64,000 nt of DNA from Squalus acanthias (lineage: Eukaryota), in the NCBI GenBank assembly GCA_030390025.1, contig CM059431.1:119662001-119726000 (forward strand), in the 5' to 3' direction. Within the stretch, counting starts at the first letter, position 1, and every line of letters begins with the position of its first letter. The position numbers and the translations under genes were made by a program. Positions 37,595-50,560 of the stretch are shown here, one piece after another. The notes under the pieces were generated by a model, which was not told the DNA's origin, made no database searches, and saw only the letters and a list, made by a program, of their open reading frames with translations.

Positions 37595-38713
37595 GGGGGA
37601 AAAATTCAGTATCGCCCCATTTGGGGCGCAATTATCGGCCGGGCGCAAAGATTAGCGCCTGGCGCTAATTATCGCCTCCGACTGCAAACTTGGCTTTTAT
37701 CACCCCTCGAGGTGATTGGAGCACTAAATCAGGCACTTCACACCTGTCTTAAGGCGCAAAGGCCGAGGAGCGAGGTGCTACCTCAGAGCGCTGGCGAAGC
37801 TCATATGATGTCAGTCAGCAATGCAGCAGAGACACAATGGCGCCAGCCAGTTCTTAAAGGGGAGGGTTGATCTTGCTCTCCATCCACATCCTGCTCATTG
37901 CAGCCTTGAATCTTGGCCTGGAGAGACCTGTACATCAAATCTGCTGGAAAGAACAATGGAGAGAACCAGGGAAAGAGCTCAGAGTGCAGCCCCCACAGTC
38001 TCTTCTAAATCAATACAAGGAAGGGCAAATCAAAATGAACCTGCAAAGTGCTGCTCAATACCCAAAACTCCTTCACACAGCATTGAATCTCTCCAGAAGT
38101 CTCTCTCTCTCTCTCTCTCTCAGAATGCGTGGTGCAAAAATGTCACCAACAAAAAAAGGCAGGAAGCGTTCACCTTTAAATAGCGCTCCCCCAGTCCCTT
38201 CCTGACTGCAAAACGCTCTCCTCAACCTGTCGTTGCTAGCGGCAGGCGGTAAGGCGCCACTCAATATCTGCTCCGGGGCACTACCGGGGCGTTGCGCACT
38301 CGACTGACGTCACGATCTGCCGGCGCAGGAGATCGTGGCGGTAGTGTTTAGTGCCGCCGCCAAATGTCTAGTTAATTTGGCGAGCGGCGCAAACATCGCC
38401 GTGCCCGGGTGAACATAGAACATAGAACAGTACAGCACAGTACAGGCCCTTTGGCCCTCGATGTTGTGCCGAGCATTGTCCGAGACCAAGATCAAGCTAT
38501 CACACTCGCTATCACTCTGATGTGCTCCATGTGCTTATCCAATAACCACTTGAAAGTCCCTAAAGTGTCCGACTCCACTATCACAGCAGGCAGTCCATTC
38601 CACACCCCAACCACACTCTGAGTAAAGAATCTACCTCGGACATCCCTTCTATATCTCCCCCCTTGCACCTTATAGTTATGCCCCCTTGTAGTTGCTTTGC
38701 GCCCCATTAGCCC
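37595..38713 (-). mobile_element. Non-autonomous Harbinger family B derivative (inverted), with a CR1 tail inserted and one damaged end
   Basis: Reverse complement of 12096-12986. TIR at 37595; probable CAA TSD. Confidence 0.88.
38411..38690 (-). mobile_element. Young CR1 3' fragment
   Basis: Nearly identical to 56536-56815; (TTCTATG)n tail. Confidence 0.9.
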
Positions 38714-39261
38714 CAAATCTGTGCACAGTACTCTAGGTGTGGTCTCACCAAAGCCCTGTACAATTGTAGTAAGACCTCCTTACTCTTGGACTCCAACCCC
38801 CTTACAGTAAAGGCCAACATGCCATTTGCCTTCATAATTGCTTGCTCTACCTGCATGCTAACTTTCTGTGTATCCTGATGAGGACAGCTAAATCTCTCTG
38901 AACACTAATATTTAATAGCTTCTTACTATTTAAAAAATATTCTGTTTTTCTTTCTACCTACCAAAGTGAATAACCTCACATTTCCCCACAGCTTATTATA
39001 TTTGCAACACCAAAGTTCTAATTGGTCCCCTTGGTTGACAAGACCAGATTTCTGATTGGTCCCCTTGGAGAACAAGACACACCCAGCCGTTTGTCTGGAA
39101 TGTGTAAATAGATCCTGCCTGCCTGAGTAATCAAGTACTTTGCAATGTGTAATTTGATACATTCATTGTGGCTGCCAGGCTCCAGTCAGATCTCACATTG
39201 CTAACATTACTGCTTTCAGAGAACAGACAGGGCTCACCCTCCCAGGTTAGGACCTTCACCT

Positions 39262-39581
39262 CCCGCCCCCCAACCAATTCCTGACCCCCCACAACAAGTT
39301 CCTGACCTTCCCCCCACTCCCCGAGTTCCTGACCTTCTCCCCCTAACAAGTTCCCGACCTTTCCCCTCCCCAACAATTCCTGACTTTCTCCACCGCGCCC
39401 CCGCCCCCCGCGTTCCTGACCTTCTCCCTCCCCAACAAGTTCCTGACCTTCTTCCCCCCCCCAACAAGTTCCTGACCTTCTCCCTCCCCAACAAGTTCCT
39501 GACCTTCTTCCCCCCCCCAACAAGTTCCTGACTTTCTCCCTCCACAACAAGTTCCTGACCTTCTCCCCCCCAACAAGTTCC
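39262..39581. repeat. Minisatellite, ~27-31-bp unit CAACAAGTTCCTGACCTTCTCCC(T)CC, about 11 copies
   Basis: Seen directly; subterminal in the large insertion. Confidence 0.9.
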
Positions 39582-42282
39582 TAAATGAAGGGGCTGTGTG
39601 TGTGGGGTCCATGTGTGTGTGTGCGTGTCTCTGTCTTTCTGGGCTAGTTTGCCAGAAGCATCTTCTTTCCTTCAAATGCACAAATTGAATTGGTATCATG
39701 CTTACTATTCAGTTAAATGACTAAGATTTATCAGTAACACTGATATCTAAATGTTTAATTTGGAATTTGTACAATATACTTATTCATAACAGTAGTGAAA
39801 TCTAACCATATTTAGTGTAGTTGGTACATATCAACTATGTTGCATCTCAGATATAATTGACTGTAATTATAACAATACCAAATGGTCAAATTTTAGGAAA
39901 ATATGTATATGAATAATATGATAATCTATAGAGGTTCATTGATCAGTTGAAGAACTCACTGATTATTTTCTAATCAAATAATCCTTTTATTTAATCTTCA
40001 CAAATTGTTCCGCTGTTCTACATTTTTGCCATTTTTTTGTTATGGGTTATATCAGTATTGCCAAGCTCACAAAAAAAACACACCATTATAATACCAACAT
40101 CAGACAAGTCCAATATTTAAATAATTCATGGAAGGCAACATTTCCATATCCACTGAAAGAAGCTGCTTGTGAAATAATAATGAAAAATGCAGTTCGGATA
40201 TTGCTACCGTCAAAGACATCTGCATTTCAACAATTGTCAGTTAATGTACAACAAATATCTCATTACAGGATATTGGTTCAGCCTGTTGCTTAGCAGAATC
40301 ATCACACACGATATTCTGGGCATAAGTCCTGGAGGCTCCTTTAGTATAGCCGTTGATTTTCAAAAGCTAACCCAAAAGCCTTGTAGCTGGCAATAGTCAC
40401 TGACCCAAATGATGCAGGATTCACGAAACAAACACATGACATGGAAAGAATCTCATGAAATTTATTGACACAGGATTCACAAGACAAACACGTGACATTG
40501 TTCAACTTTCATGGATTTAATAGATACAGGGCTGACAAAACTCTCACCATTCAATGTAACGGCATTCACCAGCTAGCAACTGCAGGCATCATGTCTCACT
40601 CCTGGGGAGGCAAAAACCCAGAAGAGAAACCAAAATCCAATTTGTGGAAAAACTCTGGAAAATCCCTCCCCGACTCCCAAAGGCAATCAAGCAGTGCTCC
40701 AGGAGACTGTGGTCAGCCACGATACAGTGGCAAAATAAAATGTAGCGATAGCAGCACTAAACAACTGGCCTTGGCCATGTGAGGACCGGGTCTGAGCGAT
40801 TCAGTGCAACCATCCACTGTGCAGCATGTTAGGCATCCATCATGGAAAAGACATGGTTAACACGAGCACCGCTCACATCTATTATGGAGTCACACTGGGA
40901 GGGAAGCAACAACGGTGAAACAGCTGAGAGCACCCGTGCCTACATCGCACTCATAAAACCTCGGGTTCGATGCTCAGGTGGCTGGGAGGGTCCCTCAGGT
41001 GACAAAAGCTGCAACGAGCTGGGGCAGCATTTCCTTCTCGTGGCCTTTTCTTCTTATTGAAATGTCCCAAGCCGTTTGACCCCCTTGGGCGGCCTATTGG
41101 CTTAACAGACATCAATCGGCAACCTTCAAGTGCCTGGAGGCGAAACTGACCCAAGCCCCAGAGGTTACACATATTGAGACGTCCAAGGTGTCGTGCAGTA
41201 GCTGCGGCCATCACTTGTGCTGGGCCAGGTGAGGCATCAGTCAGCCCCCGTGTGACAGACTGCTGCCAGGGCTGCTCGGGTGTGCGAGGCAAAGTGGTGT
41301 GTTGCTCGAGCCCAAAGTGCCAGCTGCAGAAGGTGAGGGGGTAGGAGCTTGGTCAGCCACGGATGGTGGGGGGGTGGCGATGTCCTCCTCACGACGTACA
41401 CTGTGGGGGGTCCGAGTCAGCAATGGCAGCTGGAATAGCTGGAACTGCCGTGAAGCTCAATGAGTTGCTGCTTGGCTCGGCAGTCGCCTCGGAACTTTGC
41501 ACACAAGATTCCTCTCTTCGCTGCAACATGAGAATCTGGCTCCTGAGCCATTCCATGGTCCGTGTGAAGCGCTCCGTTCCACGGCTGGTCAGGATGGTTA
41601 TCAGGTGATGCAATGCGTCGGATGCAAGTCGGTACTTCTGAGGGGACATGGGCAGGCTTCTGTTATGACAACACATGCACGTGAGTTTGCGATGACTGCC
41701 AATGGCTAGAGAGGGCAAGTCTCCCCAGAGGCAACCCCAAATGCCTCTGGACTAAAACTGCATGTTTACAAGGGAGTAAACACTATAGCCATAAAGTGCA
41801 GTTGCAGGTAGCTTGGCCATCAAGTTTCTGCAGATTATATTCCTTGAAACCAGAGGCCACCGTGACCATGTCAGCATCCTGCTGCTTAATGCTCATGCCA
41901 GCCACATGCCAGTGATTCTTGCACATTTTCTTTGTGGCGTACTCCGTGAACTCTGCACAGAGACTCTAGATGTGCTGGCAATTCTCCAAGGCACCTCAAA
42001 GAAGCATGCTGCAGGGACATAGCATAGGTGCACTCCTTATCCAGGATGTCATTGTTGAAAACCAGGTTGTTGACACACTCTGCCATTGATGAGGAAGAAT
42101 TGAGTAGTGTTTGATCTTCCCGTTCTCGGACTCAATGTGATTATTCGTATTATTCCCAAATATCAACACAATTCTGCGTAGATACATGGTCCACATCTCC
42201 TTCTGCAGGATCCAGTTGGCCAACAGATATTTCTGAATTAAAAGAAAGGCGTTACAGCAGAGGAATCAGCAGACTCACCCTA

Positions 42283-42785
42283 ATTTTTTTTATTTTCGTT
42301 CATGGGATGTGGGCGTCGCTGGCAAGGCCAGCATTTGTTGCCCATCCCTAATTGCCCTTGAGAAGGTAGTGGTAAATCACCTTCTTGAACCGCTGCAGTC
42401 TGTGTGGTGAAGGTACTCCCACAATGCTGTTAGGGAGCGAGTTCCAGGATTTTGACCCAGCGACGATGAAGGAACGGCGATATATTTCCAAGTCAGGATG
42501 GTGTGTGACTTGGAGGGGAGCTTGGAGGTGATGGTGTTCCCATGCACCTGCTGCCCTCGTCCTTCAAGGTGGTAGAGGTCACGGGTTTGGGAGGTGCTGT
42601 CGAAGAAGCCTTGGCGAGTTGTTACAGTGCATCTTGTAGATGGTACACACTGCCGCCACGGTACGCCGGTGGTGGTGGGAGTGAATGTTTAAGGTGGTGG
42701 ATCAGGTGCCAATCAAGTGGGCTGCTTTGTCCTGGATGTTGTCAAGCTTCTTGAGTGTGTTGGAGCTGCACTCATCCAGGCAAGC
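42283..42785 (-). mobile_element. Non-LTR retrotransposon 3' end lying in MULE intron 3
   Basis: Reverse complement of the 11657-12035 family, extending further 5'. Confidence 0.7.
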
Positions 42786-43782
42786 TCTGCATTTGGTGAT
42801 AAGCATAGACCCACCTGCAGCAAACGGTGCCTAATCCTGTTCGTGCAACTCTGCAGACTCTCCTTGGTGCTTGCACGAACCATTTCTTTGCAGATTTGGA
42901 ACACCTTCTCCTTGATCGAGTTGTGTACTAAGTAGCTGCTGATCTTCTTCTTTAGGTTCATCATAACATGGAACAGACATAGCAGAACGGTGACCCCTGG
43001 CAAATTCTACCTGACCGCATTAAATTTCCTTAATGTCCTTATCCAACCATGACAGTCTTCACATGATCAATGCTGGATCCCATCAGTTTTACGAATGCTT
43101 CAACAATATTATTTAGCATCTCAGATGTCTCATTCTATACAAAGGCATAGAAGACAGGGCTACCCCTGCTATGGTTGTCCTGCACCATGATTTGGTAGAA
43201 GGTATAGCCGGGCTTGTTTATCTTATAGGTGCCGTCAATGAACAAAATCTCGGGAAAGGTCTGAAACCAAGATCACATTGCATTTGTTGCAAAGGCACTG
43301 AAGTCGACATTGGGCCAGAAATTGATCTGGCTCCGTTCCCGCGGGTGTAAGGAGCAGGCGCGGTAATACATACCGCGTCTGCCGTTTCGTCTTTTCCACG
43401 TTGAAAATTAATCTTCTGGCTGATTGAGTGCAGGGCAGCGTATGACGTCACACTGCCCTGCAGCGCAGCGTGCGCGTTGCATCGCGTGCGATGTGGAGTG
43501 AAGACACGCCCATTAAGGTCTCTTTTCCATAGGCCACGCCCCCGATTTTTTTCTCCACTGAAACCATTGTACAGCTGCTGAAGACACAGTTTTCTCACTG
43601 TTTTAGGTGGAATTTGCAGTAAGTAGGATTTAAATGCATGGTTTTGTAAACTTTTAAAGATTTTTAGTATAATTTGAGTAATGTTAAACATTTGCAAAGA
43701 GATTTAAAGTAATTTAAATAGTTTTAAAAGCACAGAAATCATTTTTTTCAGAGATTTAACTGTTTATAATCAGCAAACGAAA

Positions 43783-44439
43783 TTGGCTGCTATCAGCACT
43801 ATCCAATTTATCAAAATAACACAGAATTTCAGTGATGATGATCTCCGTACACTTCTTGACGAGGTAGAATCGAAACGTTCACGGATAATTGGAACTCAGA
43901 AGTCCAAGCCGCCGCGAAAAGGCCAAATGGCAGCGTGGAAAGAGGTTGCTCAAAGTGTGAGCGCAACCTCGACCATTCCACGTACAGCTGAGCAATGTCG
44001 CAAAAAATTCAGCGATTTATATCGAACGCTGAAGGTTTGTATAGTTATAACAAAAGTCAATGTTAAAATGTCTTAACATTTAAAATGAAAAGCTTTGAAA
44101 AAGTGTTTGTTTGCTAAGCTGAGTTAACTGAAGTCACAAGATGCTCCCATAAATTTTTATGGCTTTTGTAGCCAGGCAAGTCTCATAAAATGCTAATGTC
44201 ATCTTGATTGAAATGCTTTGAGTTGCTTACTGAGTCCTCTTGAAGGACTGTTGCAGAAACCCAATGTGGAAGTGCAGCTTAGTAAAATAAATGAGTCTCT
44301 TGAAGGACTCATGTGAATAATTTCTGCTGCAATTACTGTGACTCCATCAGAACCAACCTTACCTGCTCCCAGCGCAGAATCAGTGCAGGTCCAAGAGCCA
44401 CCAACGATGATGCAATCAAGAAAGCGCAAGAGACGTTAG
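43783..44439 (+). pseudogene. Family A Myb/SANT partner gene remnant
   Basis: NFSDDDLRTLLDEVE...AAWKEVAQSVSA...RTAEQCRKKFSDL followed by a GT donor at ~44035. The downstream segment has an in-frame TGA and ends RKRKRR*. Confidence 0.8.
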
Positions 44440-44944
44440 GGTGTTGCATGTTCCACAATGCACATCCATTGACCCTCAGGAATAGTTTATTTGTGGTTAA
44501 ATTTTTCAAGTGTTTAATTTTTAGTTTTATTTAAAACTTACATGTTTACATTTTTCTTTATTTATATATATATTTGACACTGAAACTGAAAGTTAGCTTT
44601 TCATTGAAAAAGTACAGCCTTTAGTCACTTTATAAAAATTCAAATTGTTTATTTTCACAAAAAAATTGAACATTTAAACTTGTTTACATTTAGGAAAGAG
44701 TTATTTCCCATCTTGAATGTCTTTACTGCATTAACGAAGCAAAAAAGTTACTGAGAACTGTTAACAAATTTTTAAAAAACCTATTTCTGTTTACGATTGT
44801 TTACAAAGTTGAAAAGTAGCTAGTTAACATTGAAAAGTTATAAACTATGTAAAGCAACAATGAACCTCAGAAGTCTGTAATGCTGCAATAAAAGAGCACT
44901 GTTTCACTTTAAATTGTGTCTGTACCATTATTTGCCTTGCTGGT

Positions 44945-45279
44945 GGAGAGGGAGGGGGAGAGGGAGGGGGAGGGGGAGAGGGGGAGGGGGAGAGGGAGGG
45001 GGGGAGGGGAGAGGGAGGGGAGAGGGAGGGGAGAGGGAGGGGGAGAGGGAGGGGGAGAGGGAGGGGGAGGGGGAGAGGGAGGGGGAGGGGGAGAGGGAGG
45101 GGGAGTGGGAGGGGGAGAGGGAGGGGGAGAGGGAGGGGGAGGGGGAGAGGGAGGGGGAGGGGGAGAGGGAGGGGGAGGGGGAGGGGGAGGGGGAGGGGGA
45201 GGGGGAGGGGGAGAGGGAGGGGGAGAGGGAGAGGGAGGGGGAGAGGGAGGGGGAGAGGGAGGGGGAGAGGGAGGGGGAG
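44945..45279. repeat. Purine-rich (GAGGGG)n microsatellite, longer allele of 593-798
   Basis: Seen directly. Confidence 0.95.
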
Positions 45280-45298
45280 CGGGAGGTACAAGGCGACA

Positions 45299-45782
45299 CT
45301 ACCTCGTGAAGGTGTTGGCTACCAGCTGCTCCCGAGCAGCCTTACTTTGAGCAGCAGTTGGCTCTTCCCCATCATGCCTTCCCACAGGCACATTGGCATT
45401 GTCCACGTCCTCCATTTCTGCAGGTAGTTCATCTGCAGCGTTAAGGGTCAGTCCTTCCTGCAGGGCAAAGTTATGCAAAGCACAACAGGCCACCACAATC
45501 TTTGCCACTTTCTGAGGAGAATACTGCAAGGTCCCCCCTGACCTGTCCAGGCACCGGAAGCGTGATTTCAGAACTCCAATTGTCCTCTCCACCACTTGCC
45601 GTGTGGACACGTGTGCCTGGTTGTATCTCTCCTGAGCCTCATTATTGGTCTTGCGGTAGGGAGTCATCAGCCATGGTCTTAGCGGGTAGCCCTTGTCGCC
45701 CAATATCCATGCGGATCCTGGAGGCAATGCGTTGAGGACGCCATATAAGTCAGAGTTACGGAGGACGATTGCAAAAGGGCAT
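45299..45782 (-). pseudogene. Family A transposase with a 668-bp frameshifting deletion
   Basis: The junction GGAGGA-CGA-TTGCAAAAG joins copy-1 positions 1287 and 1956. Confidence 0.93.
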
Positions 45783-48700
45783 CTTTCTCTCACACAGGCT
45801 TCCTCCTCAAACTGAAAGTTGTAATGAAAAAATGGAAATAGTTGTTAAAGTAACTTTAGTTAAGTGAGTGGCTATAAAATCAGGTCAGGCTATGGTGGGA
45901 CACGTGCGCTATCAGCTTGGGAACACATCTACCCGCCACACGGCCCTAGCTGATTTTCCAAAACTGTAACATTTTCATAAATTCATACATACATACATAC
46001 ATACTTACTTACTTACTCATTTTCATCTTTAAAACTTTTTGAAACGTAAACAGTTCATTTTTAAACTTTCATTTTCACAGATAGATACCTAAATATGCCT
46101 TGTACACACCCACAGTTGCTATACTACTCCAAATGGTCAAAACCCGTTTAAAAAATTTTTTTTTAAAACTCTTAACTTATATAAGACTTCATTTAAAACT
46201 TTTGTGTCTTTCAGATTTAAAAAACTCACCTCAGTAGCCACACTCCAAAAGGATTTCTTCCTCCTACTATCTCGGTAAATGTATAAATGGCTGCTGCTCC
46301 TGGTTTTAAAATGTGTAACTGCTAGGAGCTTACACACACTACTCTCATTCACAAAATACATGAATTTTCCGACGCACGCGCAGAATCACCAGCCCACGCG
46401 ATTACTCGCATATCCATGAAACTGACCAGACATGAAGTGCCGGTTTTCAGCGCATGCACAGTGCATGCAGAAAACCGGCAATTGCAGAGGGAATACGCGA
46501 GTGTACGCAGTGCGTACTCTCGCGCACCAGGATGAATTTTTGGGCCATTATTTCTGTACATGCTAATATGCACCTGCCCGACCTCTGAGACATGCTCCAA
46601 ATGCAGCTATTAGAGCAGCCATGCCTCTATTCCCAAGCTTTCAGCCCTGAATTGATGTTCCTGATGTCACTCAAGGTTGCGACCTTGTTGAATTTCTGCA
46701 CAATGTATTCCTTCAACTGCTTGTTTTTTAGGTTGGAGCATGGCCAACTCCGCCACATGTTTCATCTCCTCTGGACTGAGACGTCGCCTGCTGGAGTGAA
46801 ATGAAAGGAACTCTTCCTCAGTACGTGGCGCGTGTATACAGGATGGTGTGATGTGACGCGCTGTTTCAGCTTCTTCCCGCTATAGGCCAAAGTAAGCATG
46901 GCTTCGCATCCCATTGGGAAGTACCTGAAACAAAATAGAATTGGGGTCAGAATTATCAGCTGCACACAATCGATTCATGCATACTCACAGTTTCAGTAGA
47001 TCCCAAGCATCGTGTCCACAGCCTATTCGTGCACAATGTAGATCACTTGTTGCGGTACTTAACCTGCATCACATGCATGGTTTGGGCGGGTTTAGGAGCG
47101 AAGTCAGCAGGTTTAATTGCAGTGAGGGTGCTGTTGAATTAACAAGCCCACAGCAGAGATACAATCAATCTTTTCGAGGCATGAGGACTAGTAGTGCATG
47201 GTTGAGAAGCTCAAGTTGCTCACCTGCTGGACATCAGTCCACAACCAATTTACCACAGTAACCAAGCAGATGTATTAACACTTAGCGCTGGAGCAGTATA
47301 ATCCCAGTTGACTGGATGCGCGGCTGCCTGGAGTGGACACAGCACAGTTTCACAAGCGTGTACTGGAAGCTTGTGGGGATTGGCATTTTCTGTCTCTTGT
47401 TCTCAAATACCACTGTGTGTGAGGATGCCTTGTTAAAGAGGCTCCCAATCGTCTGTGAGAAGGGAAGAGAGTTGATATTCACTGAAATCTGAGTCTTTCA
47501 CCAAAAATGTAAGATAACACAGAGCCTGCAGCTGAACACAATGGGAACAAAATATATAGGAAGCACAGGTACCTGTTGAAACTCCTCCAATTTCAAAGTA
47601 AACTCTTCATAGCTATCAAACTCCAATGTTGTGAAGATGTCCTTGAATTGCTGGGTGGTATCCATGGGCACGTCACTTGCCATCACTGACTACAGCTCTA
47701 CAAATCAGCACATGGAACAAACGGCAACTACAGTGAATGACAGTGAACTCAAGTTAGGATGACAACATGGAAAAATAACTCAATGGCATACAGTGCAGTC
47801 TGAGTCAGAGTGACTTAGATAGCTTCTGTGAAATGAGGAGTGCGGTAGTGAGCAGGAAATGGTGACTAGCTCAGGCAGCTTCCATAGACAAGACTACAAG
47901 CAAAGGACTGAGAGGCCTCGCTACGATATTCCAGTCAGCGGAGGGCCTGGCCATCAGGGGTGGGGTGATCAATGGGGAGGGACATGAGGGGGTCAGGGCC
48001 ACGATTGGTAGTGAGGAAGGTCAGGAGGCCATGGTGCCACAAGAGTCCATGATCAAGTTGGAGAGCTGGAATTGGTTCAGGGTTATCTGGATCGCTCTTC
48101 CTAGACACCCCAACCCCCAACCGTGCCACACATCAGGGCCCGATGAAGCAATGGAACAACATGCAACTTAAAGCATCTAGGGAGCATAACATATGGAGCA
48201 CAAAGAGGAGAAGTTCACAAAATTCTCACGTTCATTGGTCATTTCTAGTTGGCCTCTCTTCTCAGTGACTATGAACGTGGCGTGGATGGTCTCTGGCTAT
48301 GCTCCCGACCTAGAATGAGTGAGGAGGGAAAAAAACACACAAAGAAATCTAAGTGGAGCTACTGATCACGGAACACCGTTTTAATGCTCAGAATACTTGC
48401 AGTGTCCAGACAGCTGAATTCCAAAGGTTTTCTCTCAGGGGCAGGGTGTTTCTTGCAGCATCTCAAAATAAATGCTTCAGACTCAGTCTCTGGGGGAGAA
48501 ATTCACGGTCACCGGCAACTGGCGTTAACGGCCGCTGAAAATGGCCGCAATGCTAACGGAACAAAATTGCTCTGGGGACCATGGAGATTGCTGGCGCAGT
48601 GCTCATGTTCTGTGCAACGCTGTCCTGGTGGCGTTGCTGAGACATCCAAGATGAAGTTCCTGTCCGGGTGCGGCGTCGGGAGCTTCTCACAGTCTCTGGA

Positions 48701-49866
48701 AGCGAGGCTGTGGAGCTTGCAAGAATTGTGGATAAGGAAGAGGTCTGAGAATTAAAGGGGCCATGCACACTGAAGCAATACAAATTAAAATGAAGTGAAA
48801 CAATGCAATTTTCAGCCCTTTCTGCCTTTTAAAAAATATTTATCACTAAAAAGTCCCAAATGTGATTATTCAGCTCTTAAAGCTGAATTACCGTCCTAAT
48901 GTCAAAAAATGGGAAAACTGCCTTAACACCAACACAAATGGCTCACCAAGCCAAGGAAGGGGCACCGAGGGACTCACAATCAGCTTGGTACACGGGGTCA
49001 ACACTGCAAGAGCGGCCCTCTACCCACAGGGGCCAGGAGGACCTCCAGAAAGAAGAATGTGGGAGTACATCACCGAGGCTGTCATTGCCAGCAGTGTTGC
49101 CCCCACCATCTGGCTCCAGTGCCCAAAGAAGCTTCATGAACTCAGATCATTGGTCAACATCAGTGAATGCATCTTCAAAAGCCGTCTCCTACCAACTGCA
49201 CCACACTGCTCAATGCACGACCCCCAGTCACTCACCTACCAACAATCTGCACCAATCATAAGGCACTTCTCCCTAGCCTCACCTCACCCCCTTAGAGGAG
49301 ACGGTGCAGGCCATTCTTGGCCGGGGCATGGGTGAGCCCTTGGCCAGTGGCAGGGCTGAAAGGATAAAAGATGCTGGTATCCTCAAATGTTATCCTCCTT
49401 CTCAAATGCAGCTCATGCTTTCCCACCCTCCCCTCACCACAACTCCACCCTTGCGCCATCCTCATTTCATACACCCAAGAAATGCAGCCTGCCCAGCCAG
49501 TGGGTGACCAAGAAAAGGGAGAGGAGAGTGAAGCAGAACAAGAACAGAAGAAGATTGATTTGACACTCCCAGCCACCAGCTCCTCAAGGTCAACAAGCAA
49601 AGCCAGTTGCAGTGTCCCCCCTCAAAGTCAGCATCCTTCCACCAGCCATACTACAGCCAGTGGAGTAGCACTGCATGACATCAGTAGGGTCGGCAAAGGT
49701 ACACACAAGACTGTCACTAAGAGAATGCATACGGGTGATGAGTTGATTTCTTGATGTCACATTGGATGGTTAGACGTATATAGCTGGATGGGGAAATTTG
49801 CGTTTTTGGTGGCTTTTATTTCAGCATCGTGGCCAAGGGGACATTATGATGGTCAGTAAAGATGGA

Positions 49867-50234
49867 AGATGATCTTACTGAAACATATAAGATTCTGAGG
49901 GAGCTTGACACGGTAGATGCCGAGAGGATGTTTCCCCTCATGGGGCATCTAGAACTAGGTGGCATAGTTTCAGGATGAGGAGGAATTTCTTCTCTCAGAG
50001 GGTCGTGAATCTTTGGAATTGTCTACCCCAGAGAGTTGTGGAGGCTGAGTCATTGAATATATTCAAGGTGGAGATGGACAGATTTTTGAAAAACAGGGGA
50101 GTCAAGGGATATGGGGAGCGGGCAGGAAAGTGGAGTTGAAGCCAAGATCAGATGAGCCATCATCTTATTGAATGGCGGAGCAGGCTCAAGAGGCTGAATG
50201 GCCTACTCCTGCTCCTATTTCTTATGTTCTTATG
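49867..50234 (+). mobile_element. CR1 3' fragment
   Basis: GATCTTACTGAAACATATAAG...CCTACTCCTGCTCCTATTTCTTATGTTCTTATG tail. Confidence 0.85.
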
Positions 50235-50438
50235 TATGGTGTGGGACTAATGTTGAAAGGGGAATTGGGGTTGTGGTCACTGGGACCGCAGGCAGACGAT
50301 TCCATCCCAATATCCCGGCCACAAAGGGGCTGTCTGGGATGCATCCTTCCGTCTGCTTTCTCCTCTTTTGCTTCCTCCTCTTCTGTGCCTTCCTCTTCCC
50401 TCTGCAAGTTGATGCTGTAAATGTGAAATGATCGCATT

Positions 50439-50560
50439 AAATACTGGAAATACTCAGCTGGTCAGGTAGCATCTCGACCTGAGGTCTGAGACATGAACTC
50501 TGTTTTTCTCTCCACGGATGTTGCGTGACCTGCTGAGAATTTGCAGCATGTTCTGTTTTC
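50439..50560. mobile_element. Degenerate Penelope-type inverted-repeat remnant
   Basis: Similar to the hairpin at 61915-62074. Confidence 0.5.

Larger units (their letters stand above)
37068..38990 (-). mobile_element. CR1 LINE 3' portion (continues at 52211-52697)
   Basis: CR1 3' tail and ORF2 C-terminus. CACATTTCCCCACA joins TTATACTCCATCTGCC at ~52215. Confidence 0.85.
43312..46546 (-). mobile_element. Harbinger family A copy 2 (3235 bp, internally deleted)
   Basis: Ends GGGCCAGAAATT / AATTTTTGGGCC with ATT TSD. Excision restores the MULE frame MYRNNVDF. Confidence 0.93.
40857..47683 (-). pseudogene. ZSWIM3-like MULE transposase pseudogene (N-terminal Zn/DNA-binding region, MULE DDE domain, SWIM-like region, GRPRG, PHD finger), multi-exon
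   Basis: Exon 1 47683-47573: LEFDSYEEFTLKLEEFQQ. Exon 2 47452-47286: FQYTLVKLCCVH. Exon 3 46924-42815: GCEAML, FPEILFIDGTYKIN, GSPVFYAFV, KTVMV-DKD, VLLCLFHV. Exon 4 from 42232: NWILQKEMW...NNTNNHIESENGKIK. Multiple stops and frameshifts. Confidence 0.85.

Noticed and set aside
39262..39581. CRISPR-like array (also considered for 34677-34841)
   Set aside because: The units are contiguous with no unique spacers, the context is eukaryotic, and there are no cas genes.
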